Below the pieces are notes generated by a model. The model worked only from the letters and a program-made list of their open reading frames with translations. It made no database searches and was not told the origin of the DNA. The position numbers and the translations under genes are program-made. Of a DNA stretch of 54,649 bases, positions 1 through 9,979 are shown piece by piece. Source of the stretch: Bacteroidales bacterium (GTDB lineage Bacteria; Bacteroidota; Bacteroidia; Bacteroidales; UBA7960); NCBI GenBank assembly GCA_007135645.1, contig SLIL01000028.1, forward strand, positions 1 to 54,649, in the 5' to 3' direction. Positions within the stretch are counted from its first letter, which is position 1, and every line of letters begins with the position of its first letter.

Positions 1-60
1 AGCTGGTAGAGCACATCCCTTTTAAGGATGGGGTCCTGGGTTCGAGCCCCAGCCAAGTCA
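1..60 (+). tRNA. tRNA-Lys (anticodon UUU), 5' end cut by window edge
   Basis: D-loop AGCTGGTAGAGC; anticodon stem CATCC/GGATG with 7-nt loop CTTTTAA (anticodon TTT); T-arm CTGGG-TTCGAGC-CCCAG; acceptor 3' half CCAAGTC plus discriminator A. No encoded CCA. Confidence 0.8.
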
Positions 61-64
61 CAAC

Positions 65-104
65 AAAAACAGCGTTGAAATTTATATCTCAACGCTGTTT
101 TTTA
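65..104. terminator. Rho-independent, probably bidirectional terminator between the tRNA and the convergent esterase gene
   Basis: 10-bp perfect stem ACAGCGTTGA (69-78) / TCAACGCTGT (89-98) with a 10-nt loop. An A-run lies upstream and a T-run (98-104) downstream. Confidence 0.75.
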
Positions 105-128
105 TTTATAGCTCTTTACTGCCGGCTT

Positions 129-944
129 TTAGTCCGATTTGCGATTGCTGAAAAGCCAGGGGATCAGGTTCTCTTCTTCAAAGGCAGGGTCCCAGCTGTT
201 GTGGCCTACATCCGGATATTCGGTATATTTAACTTCTCCGCCTGCCTCTTTTATGGCACGTTTCATCATAACAGAACCTTCCACAGGCACCACCATGTCG
301 TCGCTGCCATGAAATATCCAGAAACTGGTATTCCGGGCATACAAAGGTGCCTTGTTATGATCTCCGCCACCACAAATGGGAGCAGCTGCTGCAAACCAGT
401 CGGGCCGGCGATGCAACAGGTCAAACGTTCCGAATCCGCCCATGGATAATCCCATTACATAAAGTTGCTGCGTGTTGGTGTAAGGCTTTGCGATGATCTC
501 TTCCATAAGCTCAATAACCCACTGCATGGGTTTGCTGGGAGGATAAGATTCCTCAGGGAACTCAAAGGTTTTTGTCCTTACACCCGTGAGCACTTCTCCC
601 GGTGCCCACCATATCTCTTCCGGACATTGCGGGAAAACGACGATAGCAGGGTAATCTCTTCTGATGTTTTCTCTTAAAAACATTTCCGATCCATGAACCA
701 GTTGCTTTTCGTTGTCATTTCCCCGTTCGCCGGCTCCATGCAAAAAAAGAACCACAGGATAGGTTTTACCATGATCCATATTCTCTGGGTAGAGAATGCG
801 ATAAGGTAGAAGATCACCTGAGGAGGTGTGAAATTCCTTTTTAAGATAGGCCTCTGTCTGGGCATAAACAGCCTGGCTGCAAAAAACAGCGGAAAGAATA
901 ACGAATAACAGAAGTGTTTTAAGATTGTAAGGGTGTTTTTTCAT
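129..944 (-). CDS. Secreted alpha/beta-hydrolase (carboxylesterase / predicted peptidase family)
   Basis: 271-aa ORF. N-terminal signal peptide (LLLFVILSAVFCSQAVYAQ), nucleophile elbow GLSMGG, HGAGERG oxyanion region, C-terminal HGSDD...GH catalytic residues. Confidence 0.8.
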   Translation of the reverse strand: MKKHPYNLKTLLLFVILSAVFCSQAVYAQTEAYLKKEFHTSSGDLLPYRILYPENMDHGKTYPVVLFLHGAGERGNDNEKQLVHGSEMFLRENIRRDYPAIVVFPQCPEEIWWAPGEVLTGVRTKTFEFPEESYPPSKPMQWVIELMEEIIAKPYTNTQQLYVMGLSMGGFGTFDLLHRRPDWFAAAAPICGGGDHNKAPLYARNTSFWIFHGSDDMVVPVEGSVMMKRAIKEAGGEVKYTEYPDVGHNSWDPAFEEENLIPWLFSNRKSD

Positions 945-1003
945 GATGTGTTTTGTTGTTTATCAAATGGCAAAAGAAAATCAACTGGTTAATAAGAAAA
1001 CTG

Positions 1004-2227
1004 CTATTGAAACGCTGCCATAAGCAATTCGATGTCCTGATAAGGAAGCCGGAAGTATTCTCCGATGTATTGATTGGTGAGCGTACCGTTGAATATATAG
1101 ACACCATGTCTTACTCCGCTTTCATTTTTGAGCATGTTTACAATTCCCCCGTATTCACCGATACCCAGAATGACCGGAGCAAAGAAATTGCTGAAGGCAT
1201 AGGAAGCAGTATGGGGTACTTTGGCAGCAACATTGGGTACACAATAATGGGTAACATCATGTTTCTTAAATACCGGATCAGCATGATTGGTAACCCTTGA
1301 TGTTTCAATGCATCCTCCCTGGTCAATGCTCAGATCAACAATCACAGATCCATACTTCATTTGTGCTACCATCTCTTCAGTTACTACCACTGGCGACTTG
1401 CCATAGGGTGAGTGAATTGCACCAATTACCACATCAGCTGTTCGCAGGGCTTTGAGCAATACTTTGGGCTGAATGATACTGGTAAAGATTCGCGTATTGA
1501 AATTGTTCTGAAGCCTGCGGAGCTTATAAACCGAATTATCAAAAACTTTTACCAGGGCGCCCAGGCCCATGGCAGCACGCAGGGCAAATTCACCAACCGT
1601 GCCCGCTCCAAGAATGACTACTTCAGTGGGTGTAATGCCTGAGAATCCACCAAACATACGTCCTTTGCCATGCTTTTTGTCGCACAGGTATTCCGCGGCA
1701 ATCAGGATGGAGGTGTTTCCGGCAATTTCGCTCATGCTTCGCACCAGGGGAAAGGTGTTCGTTTTATCTTTGATCAGCTCAAAAGCAATGGCATTGATCT
1801 TTTTGGCCATAAGGGCCTTGAACCAGGAGCTCTTTTGAACCGGAAGCGTAATGGTTGACATGAGCGTTTGTCCGGTTTTCAAAAACTTGATCTCATTTTC
1901 GGTTGGGGGGGCCACTTTGAGGATAATATCGGCCTTGTAAACCTCTTCCGTTTCGTAAATAATTTCTGCCCCTGCCTCGCTGTATTCAGTATCGGGGAAA
2001 TGGGCATTGGCTCCGGCATTCTTTTCCAGCATTACCCGGTGGCCATTCTGACAAAGCAGCGCAACTGCTTCAGGAGCCAGGGCAATTCTGTTTTCCTGAA
2101 AGGTTACTTCCCTGGGAATCCCGATGGTTAACCTGTTCTTTCGCTTTCTTACCTCCAGGGTTTCTTCCTGGGGCAGTAGCTTACCCGACGAGCCGAAAAA
2201 CATATACTCCGGACTTTTTCTTTGCAT
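1004..2227 (-). CDS. Alanine dehydrogenase / PNT-family NAD(H)-dependent dehydrogenase
   Basis: 407-aa ORF with an AlaDH/PNT N-terminal domain and Rossmann motif VVILGAGTVGEFA. Confidence 0.8.
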   Translation of the reverse strand: MQRKSPEYMFFGSSGKLLPQEETLEVRKRKNRLTIGIPREVTFQENRIALAPEAVALLCQNGHRVMLEKNAGANAHFPDTEYSEAGAEIIYETEEVYKADIILKVAPPTENEIKFLKTGQTLMSTITLPVQKSSWFKALMAKKINAIAFELIKDKTNTFPLVRSMSEIAGNTSILIAAEYLCDKKHGKGRMFGGFSGITPTEVVILGAGTVGEFALRAAMGLGALVKVFDNSVYKLRRLQNNFNTRIFTSIIQPKVLLKALRTADVVIGAIHSPYGKSPVVVTEEMVAQMKYGSVIVDLSIDQGGCIETSRVTNHADPVFKKHDVTHYCVPNVAAKVPHTASYAFSNFFAPVILGIGEYGGIVNMLKNESGVRHGVYIFNGTLTNQYIGEYFRLPYQDIELLMAAFQ

Positions 2228-2239
2228 AGCTTGGAATAT

Positions 2240-2674
2240 TTATGTAGTAGTTATTTCAGTCTTGTAACAGATCTGCCGTAATCCTTCCTGTTCTTCAAGG
2301 TAAACTCTCAGACAGTCTGCCGGGAGCAATTCCTCAATCTTTTCAGGCCACTCCAGAAAACAATATTCACCACTAAAAAAATAATCTTCATAACCAATGT
2401 CATAAACCTCCTCGGTTTTTTTCATCCTGTAAAAATCGAAATGGTATATATTGGTGTCGTGGGCGGTAATATACTGATTTATAATGGAAAAAGTTGGGCT
2501 TCCAACAATGTCGGTTACCTGCAGCTGCTTACAGATCTCTTTGATCAGGGTCGTTTTACCTGCACCCATTTTTCCATAAAAAGCAAAGATGCGTTTATCA
2601 GGGTTGAGCTCAAGTAGCTTTTTTGCTACTTCGGGCAACTGGGTTTCATCAAAATGTTCTTTTAATTCGTTCAT
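2240..2674 (-). CDS. tsaE: tRNA t6A37 biosynthesis ATPase TsaE (YjeE)
   Basis: 144-aa ORF with Walker A GKMGAGKTT. Size and layout are typical of TsaE. Confidence 0.85.
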   Translation of the reverse strand: MNELKEHFDETQLPEVAKKLLELNPDKRIFAFYGKMGAGKTTLIKEICKQLQVTDIVGSPTFSIINQYITAHDTNIYHFDFYRMKKTEEVYDIGYEDYFFSGEYCFLEWPEKIEELLPADCLRVYLEEQEGLRQICYKTEITTT

Positions 2675-2691
2675 AGGGGAGTCAATAAATA

Positions 2692-4245
2692 TTAGCGGGA
2701 TTTAAGATAAACAAATGGCACCAGCATCTCTTCCAGAGAAATACCACCATGCTGAAAGGTGTTCTTGTAATAATTTACATAGTAGTTGTAGTTGTTTGGG
2801 TAGGCGAAAAAGCTATCTTCCCTGGCGAAAATGTAGCAGGAGCTTATGTTGGTGCGTGGCAAAAAGATGTCTTGTGGATTGCGTATCTCATAAACCTCAT
2901 TGGCGTTATACTGCAGGTTTCGGCCTGTTTTGTAACGAAGGTTGGTGTTGGTGTTTCTGTCGCCGGTAACCTTTGTGGGATGTGAAACCTTAATGGAGCC
3001 ATGGTCGGTGGTAAGGATAATGCTGATCTTTTTTTGCTGCAGAAAACGGATCATCTCCAGCAAGGGGGAATGCTCAAACCATGACAGGGTAAGGGAGCGG
3101 TAAGCTGCTTCGTCATCGGCCAGTTCCTTGATCACCTCCATGTCGGTGCGGGCGTGGGATAGCATATCCACAAAGTTATAAACCAGGATATTCAGCTTCT
3201 TGTTGGTGTAGTTGCTGAGGTTTTCCAGCATTTTCTTTCCTGCCGACAGATTAAGGATTTTATGGTAGTTGTAAGGTATTTGTGCTCCCAGCCTTTTAAG
3301 TTGCTCACCAAAAAGCTCTGATTCAAACTGGTTTCGGGTTCCTTCGTCACCCTCACCAACCCAGAATTTCGGGAAGCGTTTTTCTATTTCTGAGGGCAGC
3401 AAACCTGAGAAAAATGCATTGCGCGCATACTGGGTTGCTGTTGGCAAAATGCTGTAAACAATTTCCTCCTGCTCCACACGGTAATAATTCTCTATTACCG
3501 GCTGTAGAATTTTCCATTGATCAAAACGAAGGTTGTCAATTACGATCAGAAAAAACTGCTCCTCATTGCTTTTAAGCAAGGGCAGTACTTTTTCTCTCAT
3601 TACCAGGTGCGAGAGTGAGGGCCTTTCGGGGGCTTTACCATTTATCCAGTCCTGGTAATTCTCCATTACAAACTTGCAAAAAACCGTATTGGCTTCTGAT
3701 TTCTGCATTTTAAAGATCTCTTCCAGACCGCCATCCTGGGATTTGTCAAGTTCCAGTTCCCAGTAAATTATTTTACGGTAGATCTCCTCCCATGCATCCA
3801 GGTCAGGACGGTTGGTAATGTCCATGCTGATCTGTCTGAATTCCTGCTGGTACCCAAGGCTGGTCTTTTCGCTCATGAGCTTCTTGTTTTCAAGGTTCTT
3901 TTTCAGCGAAAGCAGGATCTGGTTGGGATTTACAGGTTTAATAAGGTAGTCGGAAATGTTGCTGCCGATGGCTTCGTTCATGATCGACTCCTCTTCGCTC
4001 TTGGTTATCATTACCACGGGAAGGCGGGGTTGCTTGTTTTTAATCTTGCTCAGGGTCTCCAGTCCACTCAGCCCAGGCATATTCTCATCCAGAAAAACGA
4101 TATCAAAGTTATTGGAAAAAATCAGGTCAAGCGCCTCATCGCCACTTTGCGCTGTTGATACCTGGTAACCCTTTTGCTCAAGAAAGATAATATGAGGTTT
4201 AAGTAGATCTATCTCGTCGTCGGCCCACAATATTTTAATGTTCAT
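2692..4245 (-). CDS. porX: PorX-type response regulator (CheY receiver + PglZ/alkaline-phosphatase-like domain)
   Basis: 517-aa ORF. N-terminal receiver (ILWADDE..., phospho-acceptor context FLDENMPGLSG). C-terminal PglZ-like region (ILPTATQYARNAFFSG ... TDHGS ... QHGG). Confidence 0.75.
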   Translation of the reverse strand: MNIKILWADDEIDLLKPHIIFLEQKGYQVSTAQSGDEALDLIFSNNFDIVFLDENMPGLSGLETLSKIKNKQPRLPVVMITKSEEESIMNEAIGSNISDYLIKPVNPNQILLSLKKNLENKKLMSEKTSLGYQQEFRQISMDITNRPDLDAWEEIYRKIIYWELELDKSQDGGLEEIFKMQKSEANTVFCKFVMENYQDWINGKAPERPSLSHLVMREKVLPLLKSNEEQFFLIVIDNLRFDQWKILQPVIENYYRVEQEEIVYSILPTATQYARNAFFSGLLPSEIEKRFPKFWVGEGDEGTRNQFESELFGEQLKRLGAQIPYNYHKILNLSAGKKMLENLSNYTNKKLNILVYNFVDMLSHARTDMEVIKELADDEAAYRSLTLSWFEHSPLLEMIRFLQQKKISIILTTDHGSIKVSHPTKVTGDRNTNTNLRYKTGRNLQYNANEVYEIRNPQDIFLPRTNISSCYIFAREDSFFAYPNNYNYYVNYYKNTFQHGGISLEEMLVPFVYLKSR

Positions 4246-4309
4246 CAGAATACTTTTTTGTTAAAGATCATTTTACTTTAAGATGTCCATGGCAGGGGTT
4301 GAAACTTCC

Positions 4310-4317
4310 CAAAGGTA
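4310..4317 (-). promoter_or_regulatory. Candidate Bacteroidota -7 promoter box (TACCTTTG on minus strand) for the porX-tsaE-ald unit
   Basis: Plus-strand CAAAGGTA is TACCTTTG on the minus strand and matches TAnnTTTG. It lies about 65 nt upstream of the ATG at 4245. Confidence 0.4.
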
Positions 4318-4512
4318 TATTTACCAGCTGCTTTAAAGACTATTAAGTAAACGGAGAATCTTCTGTTTATTGCTTGTCAGGAACCAATTAACTGAACCTG
4401 GTTGTCATAACAAATGTAAGGATAAATTGTGATTTATGCTTGTCAAAACAATACATAATTTGCAAATACACCTTTTTTTACATTCCTGATCGCCGGGGTG
4501 GATAAAATTGTG

Positions 4513-4520
4513 TAGGTTTG
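4513..4520 (+). promoter_or_regulatory. Candidate -7 promoter box TAGGTTTG for the HD-lpx gene block
   Basis: Matches TAnnTTTG, about 52 nt upstream of the ATG at 4572. Confidence 0.4.
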
Positions 4521-4571
4521 CAGGTTAAATAAGGATATGATATTGAAGTTGGATTTTGTGCAGAAAATGTT

Positions 4572-5822
4572 ATGAGTGAACTGGCAAGCAACAAATTAAA
4601 AATATTCAATGATCCGGTATACGGGTTTATCAATGTGCCCGATGCCTACGTTTTTGATGTTCTTGAGCATCCGTATTTTCAGCGATTGCGCCGCATAAGG
4701 CAACTGGGCCTCACTCATCTTGTCTATCCGGGCGCATTGCACACCCGGTTTCATCATGCTCTGGGGGCCATGTATCTCATGGATCAGGCCATTGAAACAT
4801 TGAAATCAAAGGGGCATCCCATAAGTGATGAAGAAAAAAAGGGTGCCATTCTTGCAATTCTGCTGCATGATATCGGGCACGGACCCTTTTCTCATGCCCT
4901 TGAAAATACCCTTGTTCAGGATCTGGACCATGAGGACTTCACCCGGTTATTTATGGAGAGGTTAAAACCACTTCATCCTGAAGGCATTTCCCTGGCGTTG
5001 GAAATATTCAGCAATACCTATTATCGAAGGTTTTTTCATCACCTCGTAAGTGGTCAGCTGGATATGGACCGACTTGACTATCTCAACCGCGACAGTTTTT
5101 TTACAGGAGTATCCGAGGGAGTCGTTAGTTATGACCGGATTATAAAAACCCTGAATCTGGCAGAAGGCAAGCTTGTTACTGATGAAAAGGGGATTTATAG
5201 CCTTGAGAAATTTGTTATCGCCCGACGTCTGATGTACTGGCAGGTTTATCTACATAAAACCGTTATTTCTGCCGAGCAGCTGCTCATCACTATATTGCAG
5301 CGTGCCAAACAGGTTGCCATGCAGGGACAAGAGCTGTTTGCCACTCCTGCACTGAAAGAATTCCTGCATAAATCCTATTCAGGGCAAGATTTTCTGGCCG
5401 AACCTCAATTGCTGGATACCTTTGCATTGCTGGATGACTACGATGTCTTTTCTTCAGTAAAAGTATGGGCAAACCACAGCGACAAGGTTCTGGCCCTTTT
5501 ATGCCAGCGGCTGGTAGCACGAAAACTTTTCAGAATCGAACTGCAAAAGGAGGAGTTTGAAGTCAGCTACATTGATGAGATAAAAAGTCGCACGGCTGAT
5601 CTTTTTGACCTGAAAGAAAACGAAGTGGATCACTTTGTTATCCTGGGTAAAACCGAAAACAATGCCTATGATCCTGGTGTGGGAAACATCTGGATACTGC
5701 AAAAGAACGGGCAGGTGAGCGATATGGCCGAAATATCTGATCAGCTCAATATCAGGGTTTTATCAAATCCCGTTAAGAAATTTTACATCTGTTACCCGAA
5801 AGAAATATGGGATAAGGCATAA
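4572..5822 (+). CDS. HD-domain phosphohydrolase (SAMHD1/dGTPase-like family)
   Basis: 416-aa ORF with N-terminal FNDPVYGFI, HTRFHHALG and LLHDIGHGPFSH HD motifs. Confidence 0.85.
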   Translation: MSELASNKLKIFNDPVYGFINVPDAYVFDVLEHPYFQRLRRIRQLGLTHLVYPGALHTRFHHALGAMYLMDQAIETLKSKGHPISDEEKKGAILAILLHDIGHGPFSHALENTLVQDLDHEDFTRLFMERLKPLHPEGISLALEIFSNTYYRRFFHHLVSGQLDMDRLDYLNRDSFFTGVSEGVVSYDRIIKTLNLAEGKLVTDEKGIYSLEKFVIARRLMYWQVYLHKTVISAEQLLITILQRAKQVAMQGQELFATPALKEFLHKSYSGQDFLAEPQLLDTFALLDDYDVFSSVKVWANHSDKVLALLCQRLVARKLFRIELQKEEFEVSYIDEIKSRTADLFDLKENEVDHFVILGKTENNAYDPGVGNIWILQKNGQVSDMAEISDQLNIRVLSNPVKKFYICYPKEIWDKA

Positions 5823-5899
5823 AAATTCATCAAACAGTTTAACTTTTTTGTTTTCACAGCGTCTAGTATATATTCAATAAAATTTAAATACAACTTTTC

Positions 5900-6937
5900 A
5901 TGGAATTTACAGCAAGACAAATTGCCGATTACCTTAAAGGTGAAGTAGAAGGTGATGATACCGTATCGGTTAGCACGGTTTCAAAAATTGAAGAGGCACA
6001 ACCCGGAAGCCTCTCTTTTCTTGCCAATCCTAATTACACACCCTACATCTATACAACCGGAGCTTCCATTGTTCTGGTAAACAAGGATTTTAAACCTGAA
6101 AAACCAATATCAGCAACAATGGTAAGGGTTGAAAATGCTTACCAGGCCCTTGCAGGATTGTTAAATTTGTATCAGCAAAGTCTGCCACAGAAGAAGGGTG
6201 TCTCATCGCTGGCATTTGTGCATGAGCGTGCAAATACTGGCAAGGATATTTACGTTGGTGAGTTTGTTGTTATAGGCGAAAACGTGGTGGTAGGAGATCA
6301 TGTAAAGATCTATCCCCATTGCTATGTGGCCGATAATGTAACCATCGGCAGCAATACCACTATCTACCCGGGTGTAAAAATTTATGAAAATTGTGTCATC
6401 GGTAAAGATTGTACAATTCATGCCGGGGCAGTAATAGGTGCAGATGGCTTTGGTTTTGCCCCCCAGAGCGACAACAATTATATGAAGATTGCCCAGATAG
6501 GGAATGTGATCCTTGAAGACCATGTTGAAATCGGTGCCAATACTACCATTGACAGAGCAACTATGGGATCGACAGTAGTAAAAAAAGGGGTAAAACTCGA
6601 CAACCTGATCCAGGTAGCCCATAATGTTATCATTGGCGAAAATACTGTAATTGCAGCACAAACAGGTATAGCCGGTTCAAGCAAAGTAGGCAAAAACTGT
6701 ATGATCGGAGGGCAGGTAGGGATCAGCGGGCATATCACCATTGGTGATGAAGTGAAAATTGCCGCCCAGTCAGGCTTATCTTCCAGCGTCAGGGATAAGA
6801 AGATCGTGATGGGGGCTCCTGCATTTGATCATGAAAAATACATTAAAGCATACATCCATTTCCGGAATCTTGAAAAACTGGTAAAACGGGTTGATGAACT
6901 GGAGAAACGACTTGCTGATCAGCAAGAACAGCAATGA
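5900..6937 (+). CDS. lpxD: UDP-3-O-acylglucosamine N-acyltransferase
   Basis: 345-aa ORF with LpxD N-terminal domain (IADYL.GE..GD) followed by hexapeptide-repeat left-handed beta-helix. Sits in an lpx gene context. Confidence 0.92.
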   Translation: MEFTARQIADYLKGEVEGDDTVSVSTVSKIEEAQPGSLSFLANPNYTPYIYTTGASIVLVNKDFKPEKPISATMVRVENAYQALAGLLNLYQQSLPQKKGVSSLAFVHERANTGKDIYVGEFVVIGENVVVGDHVKIYPHCYVADNVTIGSNTTIYPGVKIYENCVIGKDCTIHAGAVIGADGFGFAPQSDNNYMKIAQIGNVILEDHVEIGANTTIDRATMGSTVVKKGVKLDNLIQVAHNVIIGENTVIAAQTGIAGSSKVGKNCMIGGQVGISGHITIGDEVKIAAQSGLSSSVRDKKIVMGAPAFDHEKYIKAYIHFRNLEKLVKRVDELEKRLADQQEQQ

Positions 6938-6963
6938 TTCAATACTGAAAAATAAAAAAGTTA

Positions 6964-6971
6964 TATCTTTG
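6964..6971 (+). promoter_or_regulatory. Candidate -7 promoter box TATCTTTG upstream of lpxC/fabZ
   Basis: Perfect TAnnTTTG in the 192-bp lpxD-lpxC spacer, about 159 nt upstream of the ATG at 7130. Confidence 0.35.
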
Positions 6972-7129
6972 CCTGATTTTTATGCTTCAGGAAATTTCGT
7001 TTTTTACTGCTATCAATCTGAGCTTGATTGATTAAAATCATCGCGACTTTGTTCTAGCCTATGATTAATAGAAAATGTTTTCCAAAAAGTTTTAATTGAT
7101 TCGCGAACTGCTAAATAGAAAATAAAATT

Positions 7130-8527
7130 ATGATAGAAAAACAAAACACCATACAAAACCCGGTAACCTTATCTGGTGTAGGACTCCATACCGGACAGAT
7201 GGTAACACTTTCCTTCAAGCCTGCGCCTGAAGATAGCGGAATAAGATTTGTGAGAACTGACCTGAAAGATGAGCTTTTTATTGAGGCAGATGCTGACTAT
7301 GTTGTGGATACTTCCCGTGGTACAACCCTTGAAAAGGAAGGTGTGAAAATTCTAACGGTTGAGCATGTGCTTGCTGCAATAACGGGTTTGGATATTGATA
7401 ATATTATTGTCGAGGTGGATTGCCAGGAAATGCCCATTATGGATGGCAGCAGCAAATTTTATGTGGAAGCCCTTAAAAAAGCAGGCATTCAAAAACAGGA
7501 AGCACCAAGACAATATTTTGATATCAGCGAAACAATAAGGTTTTATGATGAGGAAAAGGATTGCGAATTTATCGCTATCCCCGCCGATAGTTATCGCATA
7601 TCCTGCATGATCGACTATAACTCAAAAGTGCTGGGGTCACAATTTGCTGTATTGGATAAGCTTGAAAACTTTAAAGACCAGATTGCTCCCTGCCGCACAT
7701 TTGTCTTCCTGCACGAACTGGAATTGCTGCTCAATAACAACCTGATTAAAGGTGGAGATCTGGGCAATGCCATAGTTTTTGTAGACAGGCCTGTGGAACA
7801 GGCTGAGCTTGATCGTCTGGCTAAACTTTTCAATAAACCTTCGGTGGCTGTAAGAAATGAGGGTATCCTTAACAACCTGGAGCCCTATTTCGAAAATGAA
7901 CCTGCAAGGCATAAACTGCTGGATATTGTTGGCGACCTTACCCTTGCCGGCAAAAGAATAAAAGGGCATATAGTTGCTTCAAAGCCCGGACATGCATCCA
8001 ATGTTAAGTTTGCCAAGCATCTTAAAAAGCTCATTAAAAAGAAACTTGCCGACCAGCATATCCCGGTATACGATCCTGATCAGGCGCCTGTATACAATAT
8101 AAACGATATTAAGGGAATGCTGCCACACAGGTATCCTTTCCTCCTGGTGGATAAGATCATCGAAATTAGTGAATCTCACGTGGTAGGGGTTAAGAATGTT
8201 ACCATGAATGAGACGTTTTTCACCGGTCACTTTCCCAAGGAGCCGGTAATGCCGGGAGTGCTGCAGATTGAATCCATGGCTCAGACTGGTGGAATTCTTA
8301 TTTTATCTACCGTTGAAGATCCGGAGAATTATTCCACCTATTTTCTGAAGATCGACAATGTGAAGTTTAAGCAAAAAGTTATACCTGGTGACACGCTGAT
8401 CCTGAAATGCAGCCTTATTTCTCCGGTAAGAAGAGGGATCTGCCATATGAGGTGCACAGGCTATGTTGGATCCAAAGTTGTAATAGAAGCCGAATTAATG
8501 GCACAAATTGTAAAAAACACCAAATAA
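7130..8527 (+). CDS. lpxC/fabZ: Bifunctional UDP-3-O-acyl-GlcNAc deacetylase / 3-hydroxyacyl-ACP dehydratase
   Basis: 465-aa ORF. N-terminal LpxC ([20 protein letters not shown]). C-terminal FabZ hot-dog ([18 protein letters not shown]). The fusion is typical of Bacteroidota. Confidence 0.95.
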   Translation: MIEKQNTIQNPVTLSGVGLHTGQMVTLSFKPAPEDSGIRFVRTDLKDELFIEADADYVVDTSRGTTLEKEGVKILTVEHVLAAITGLDIDNIIVEVDCQEMPIMDGSSKFYVEALKKAGIQKQEAPRQYFDISETIRFYDEEKDCEFIAIPADSYRISCMIDYNSKVLGSQFAVLDKLENFKDQIAPCRTFVFLHELELLLNNNLIKGGDLGNAIVFVDRPVEQAELDRLAKLFNKPSVAVRNEGILNNLEPYFENEPARHKLLDIVGDLTLAGKRIKGHIVASKPGHASNVKFAKHLKKLIKKKLADQHIPVYDPDQAPVYNINDIKGMLPHRYPFLLVDKIIEISESHVVGVKNVTMNETFFTGHFPKEPVMPGVLQIESMAQTGGILILSTVEDPENYSTYFLKIDNVKFKQKVIPGDTLILKCSLISPVRRGICHMRCTGYVGSKVVIEAELMAQIVKNTK

Positions 8528-8529
8528 TA

Positions 8530-9318
8530 ATGAATCAACACTTAGCATACGTTCATCCACAGGCAAAAATTGCACCCAATGTTGTAATAGAACCTTTTGT
8601 AACCGTCCATAAAAATGTAGAGATAGGAGAGGGCACATGGGTGGGTTCCAATGTAACGATCATGGAAGGTGCCCGCATCGGAAAAAATTGCAAGATCTTT
8701 CCAGGAGCTGTTATCTCTGCCATTCCGCAGGACCTTAAGTTTGATGGTGAAGAAACCACGGTTGAAATTGGAGATAACACTACGATACGTGAGTTTGTAA
8801 CCATCAACAGAGGCACCAAAGCCAATGACAAAACCGTTGTGGGTAATAACTGCCTGCTGATGGCTTATGTGCATGTGGCCCACGATTGTGTGGTAGGGAA
8901 CAACTGTATTCTGGCCAATGCTGCCACCCTTGCCGGGCATATTACTATTCAGGATTATGCTATCATTGGTGGTTTATCAGCAGTACACCAGTTTGTAAAT
9001 ATTGGTCCTCATGTGATGATCTCCGGCGGTTCGCTGGTTCGTAAAGATGTTCCCCCTTATACCAAAGCTGCACGTGATCCTCTGTCATTTGTCGGGATTA
9101 ATTCTGTTGGACTGCGAAGACGGGGATTTTCTTCAGAGAAGATCAATGAAATTCAGGAGATATATCGTATTATATACCTGCGCAAGCTCAATGTAACCAG
9201 GGCGGTTACTGTTATAGAAACAGAAATGCCTGCTACCCCCGAAAGAGATGAGATCATTTCTTTTATTACCAACTCCAGCAGGGGGATCATGAAAGGGTAC
9301 TCATTCCAGGAAAAATAA
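8530..9318 (+). CDS. lpxA: Acyl-ACP--UDP-GlcNAc O-acyltransferase
   Basis: Hexapeptide-repeat protein starting [14 protein letters not shown]. The in-frame ATG at 8530 was chosen because the 8407 extension in the ORF track overlaps the fabZ end. 262 aa. Confidence 0.92.
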   Translation: MNQHLAYVHPQAKIAPNVVIEPFVTVHKNVEIGEGTWVGSNVTIMEGARIGKNCKIFPGAVISAIPQDLKFDGEETTVEIGDNTTIREFVTINRGTKANDKTVVGNNCLLMAYVHVAHDCVVGNNCILANAATLAGHITIQDYAIIGGLSAVHQFVNIGPHVMISGGSLVRKDVPPYTKAARDPLSFVGINSVGLRRRGFSSEKINEIQEIYRIIYLRKLNVTRAVTVIETEMPATPERDEIISFITNSSRGIMKGYSFQEK

Positions 9319-9367
9319 TCTGGAAGCTCCTTCTTGCGAAATTTAATAACTTTTCCCTGATGACACC

Positions 9368-9979
9368 TTGACCGTTTCTCTCGAAAATATCGGCAAAAAG
9401 TATCAGTATCATTGGGTTTTCAGAAACCTTACCCATATACTTAATGCTCCTTTGCATTATGGTATTACCGGAGGCAACGGCAGTGGTAAGTCAACCTTGC
9501 TGAAGATGATCAGCGGCTATATTACCCCATCGGAAGGGAAGATCAGTTGGAGTATCGGAGATGCCGATATTTCTTCTCAGGTTTTCAAACATGTAGGGAT
9601 AGCCTCACCTCATCTTGAGATCTATGATGAGTTTACTCTGGAAGAGATCATCCGTTTTCACCACAAGTTCAAGCCCTTTATTCATGGTGAGAGCAGCCGC
9701 TCTCTCGTGAGTTTGTCAGGATTGACCAAAAGTGCTGATAAACCCTTGAAGTACTTTTCTTCAGGAATGAAGCAACGGGTGAAAATTCTCCTGGCACTGC
9801 TTTTTGAAAATCCTCTTGTAATTCTTGACGAGCCCTGTTCCAATCTTGATGAACAAGCCATTGCATGGTACCAGAAGATTGTTGAAGATTACGCAACAAA
9901 CAGACTGCTGTTCATCGGTTCAAACAGCCCCGACACAGAGTGCCGGAGCTGCAGTGAGTTTATCCATCTGTCGGTTTAA
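9368..9979 (+). CDS. ABC transporter ATP-binding protein (orphan, no adjacent permease)
   Basis: 203-aa ORF with Walker A GGNGSGKST, signature FSSGMKQR and Walker B LVILDEP. Apparent TTG start, so the start is uncertain. Confidence 0.8.
   Translation: MTVSLENIGKKYQYHWVFRNLTHILNAPLHYGITGGNGSGKSTLLKMISGYITPSEGKISWSIGDADISSQVFKHVGIASPHLEIYDEFTLEEIIRFHHKFKPFIHGESSRSLVSLSGLTKSADKPLKYFSSGMKQRVKILLALLFENPLVILDEPCSNLDEQAIAWYQKIVEDYATNRLLFIGSNSPDTECRSCSEFIHLSV

Noticed and set aside
8407-8529. Upstream extension of the lpxA ORF in the track (start at 8407).
   Set aside because: It overlaps the 3' end of lpxC/fabZ in another frame, and its translation has no LpxA similarity. The canonical [10 protein letters not shown] start is at 8530, right after the fabZ stop.
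9960-9979. 20-bp overlap of the convergent 3' ends of the ABC ATPase and serpin genes.
   Set aside because: Convergent end overlap is common and has no evident structure. It may also reflect uncertainty about the true C-terminus of the short ABC protein.
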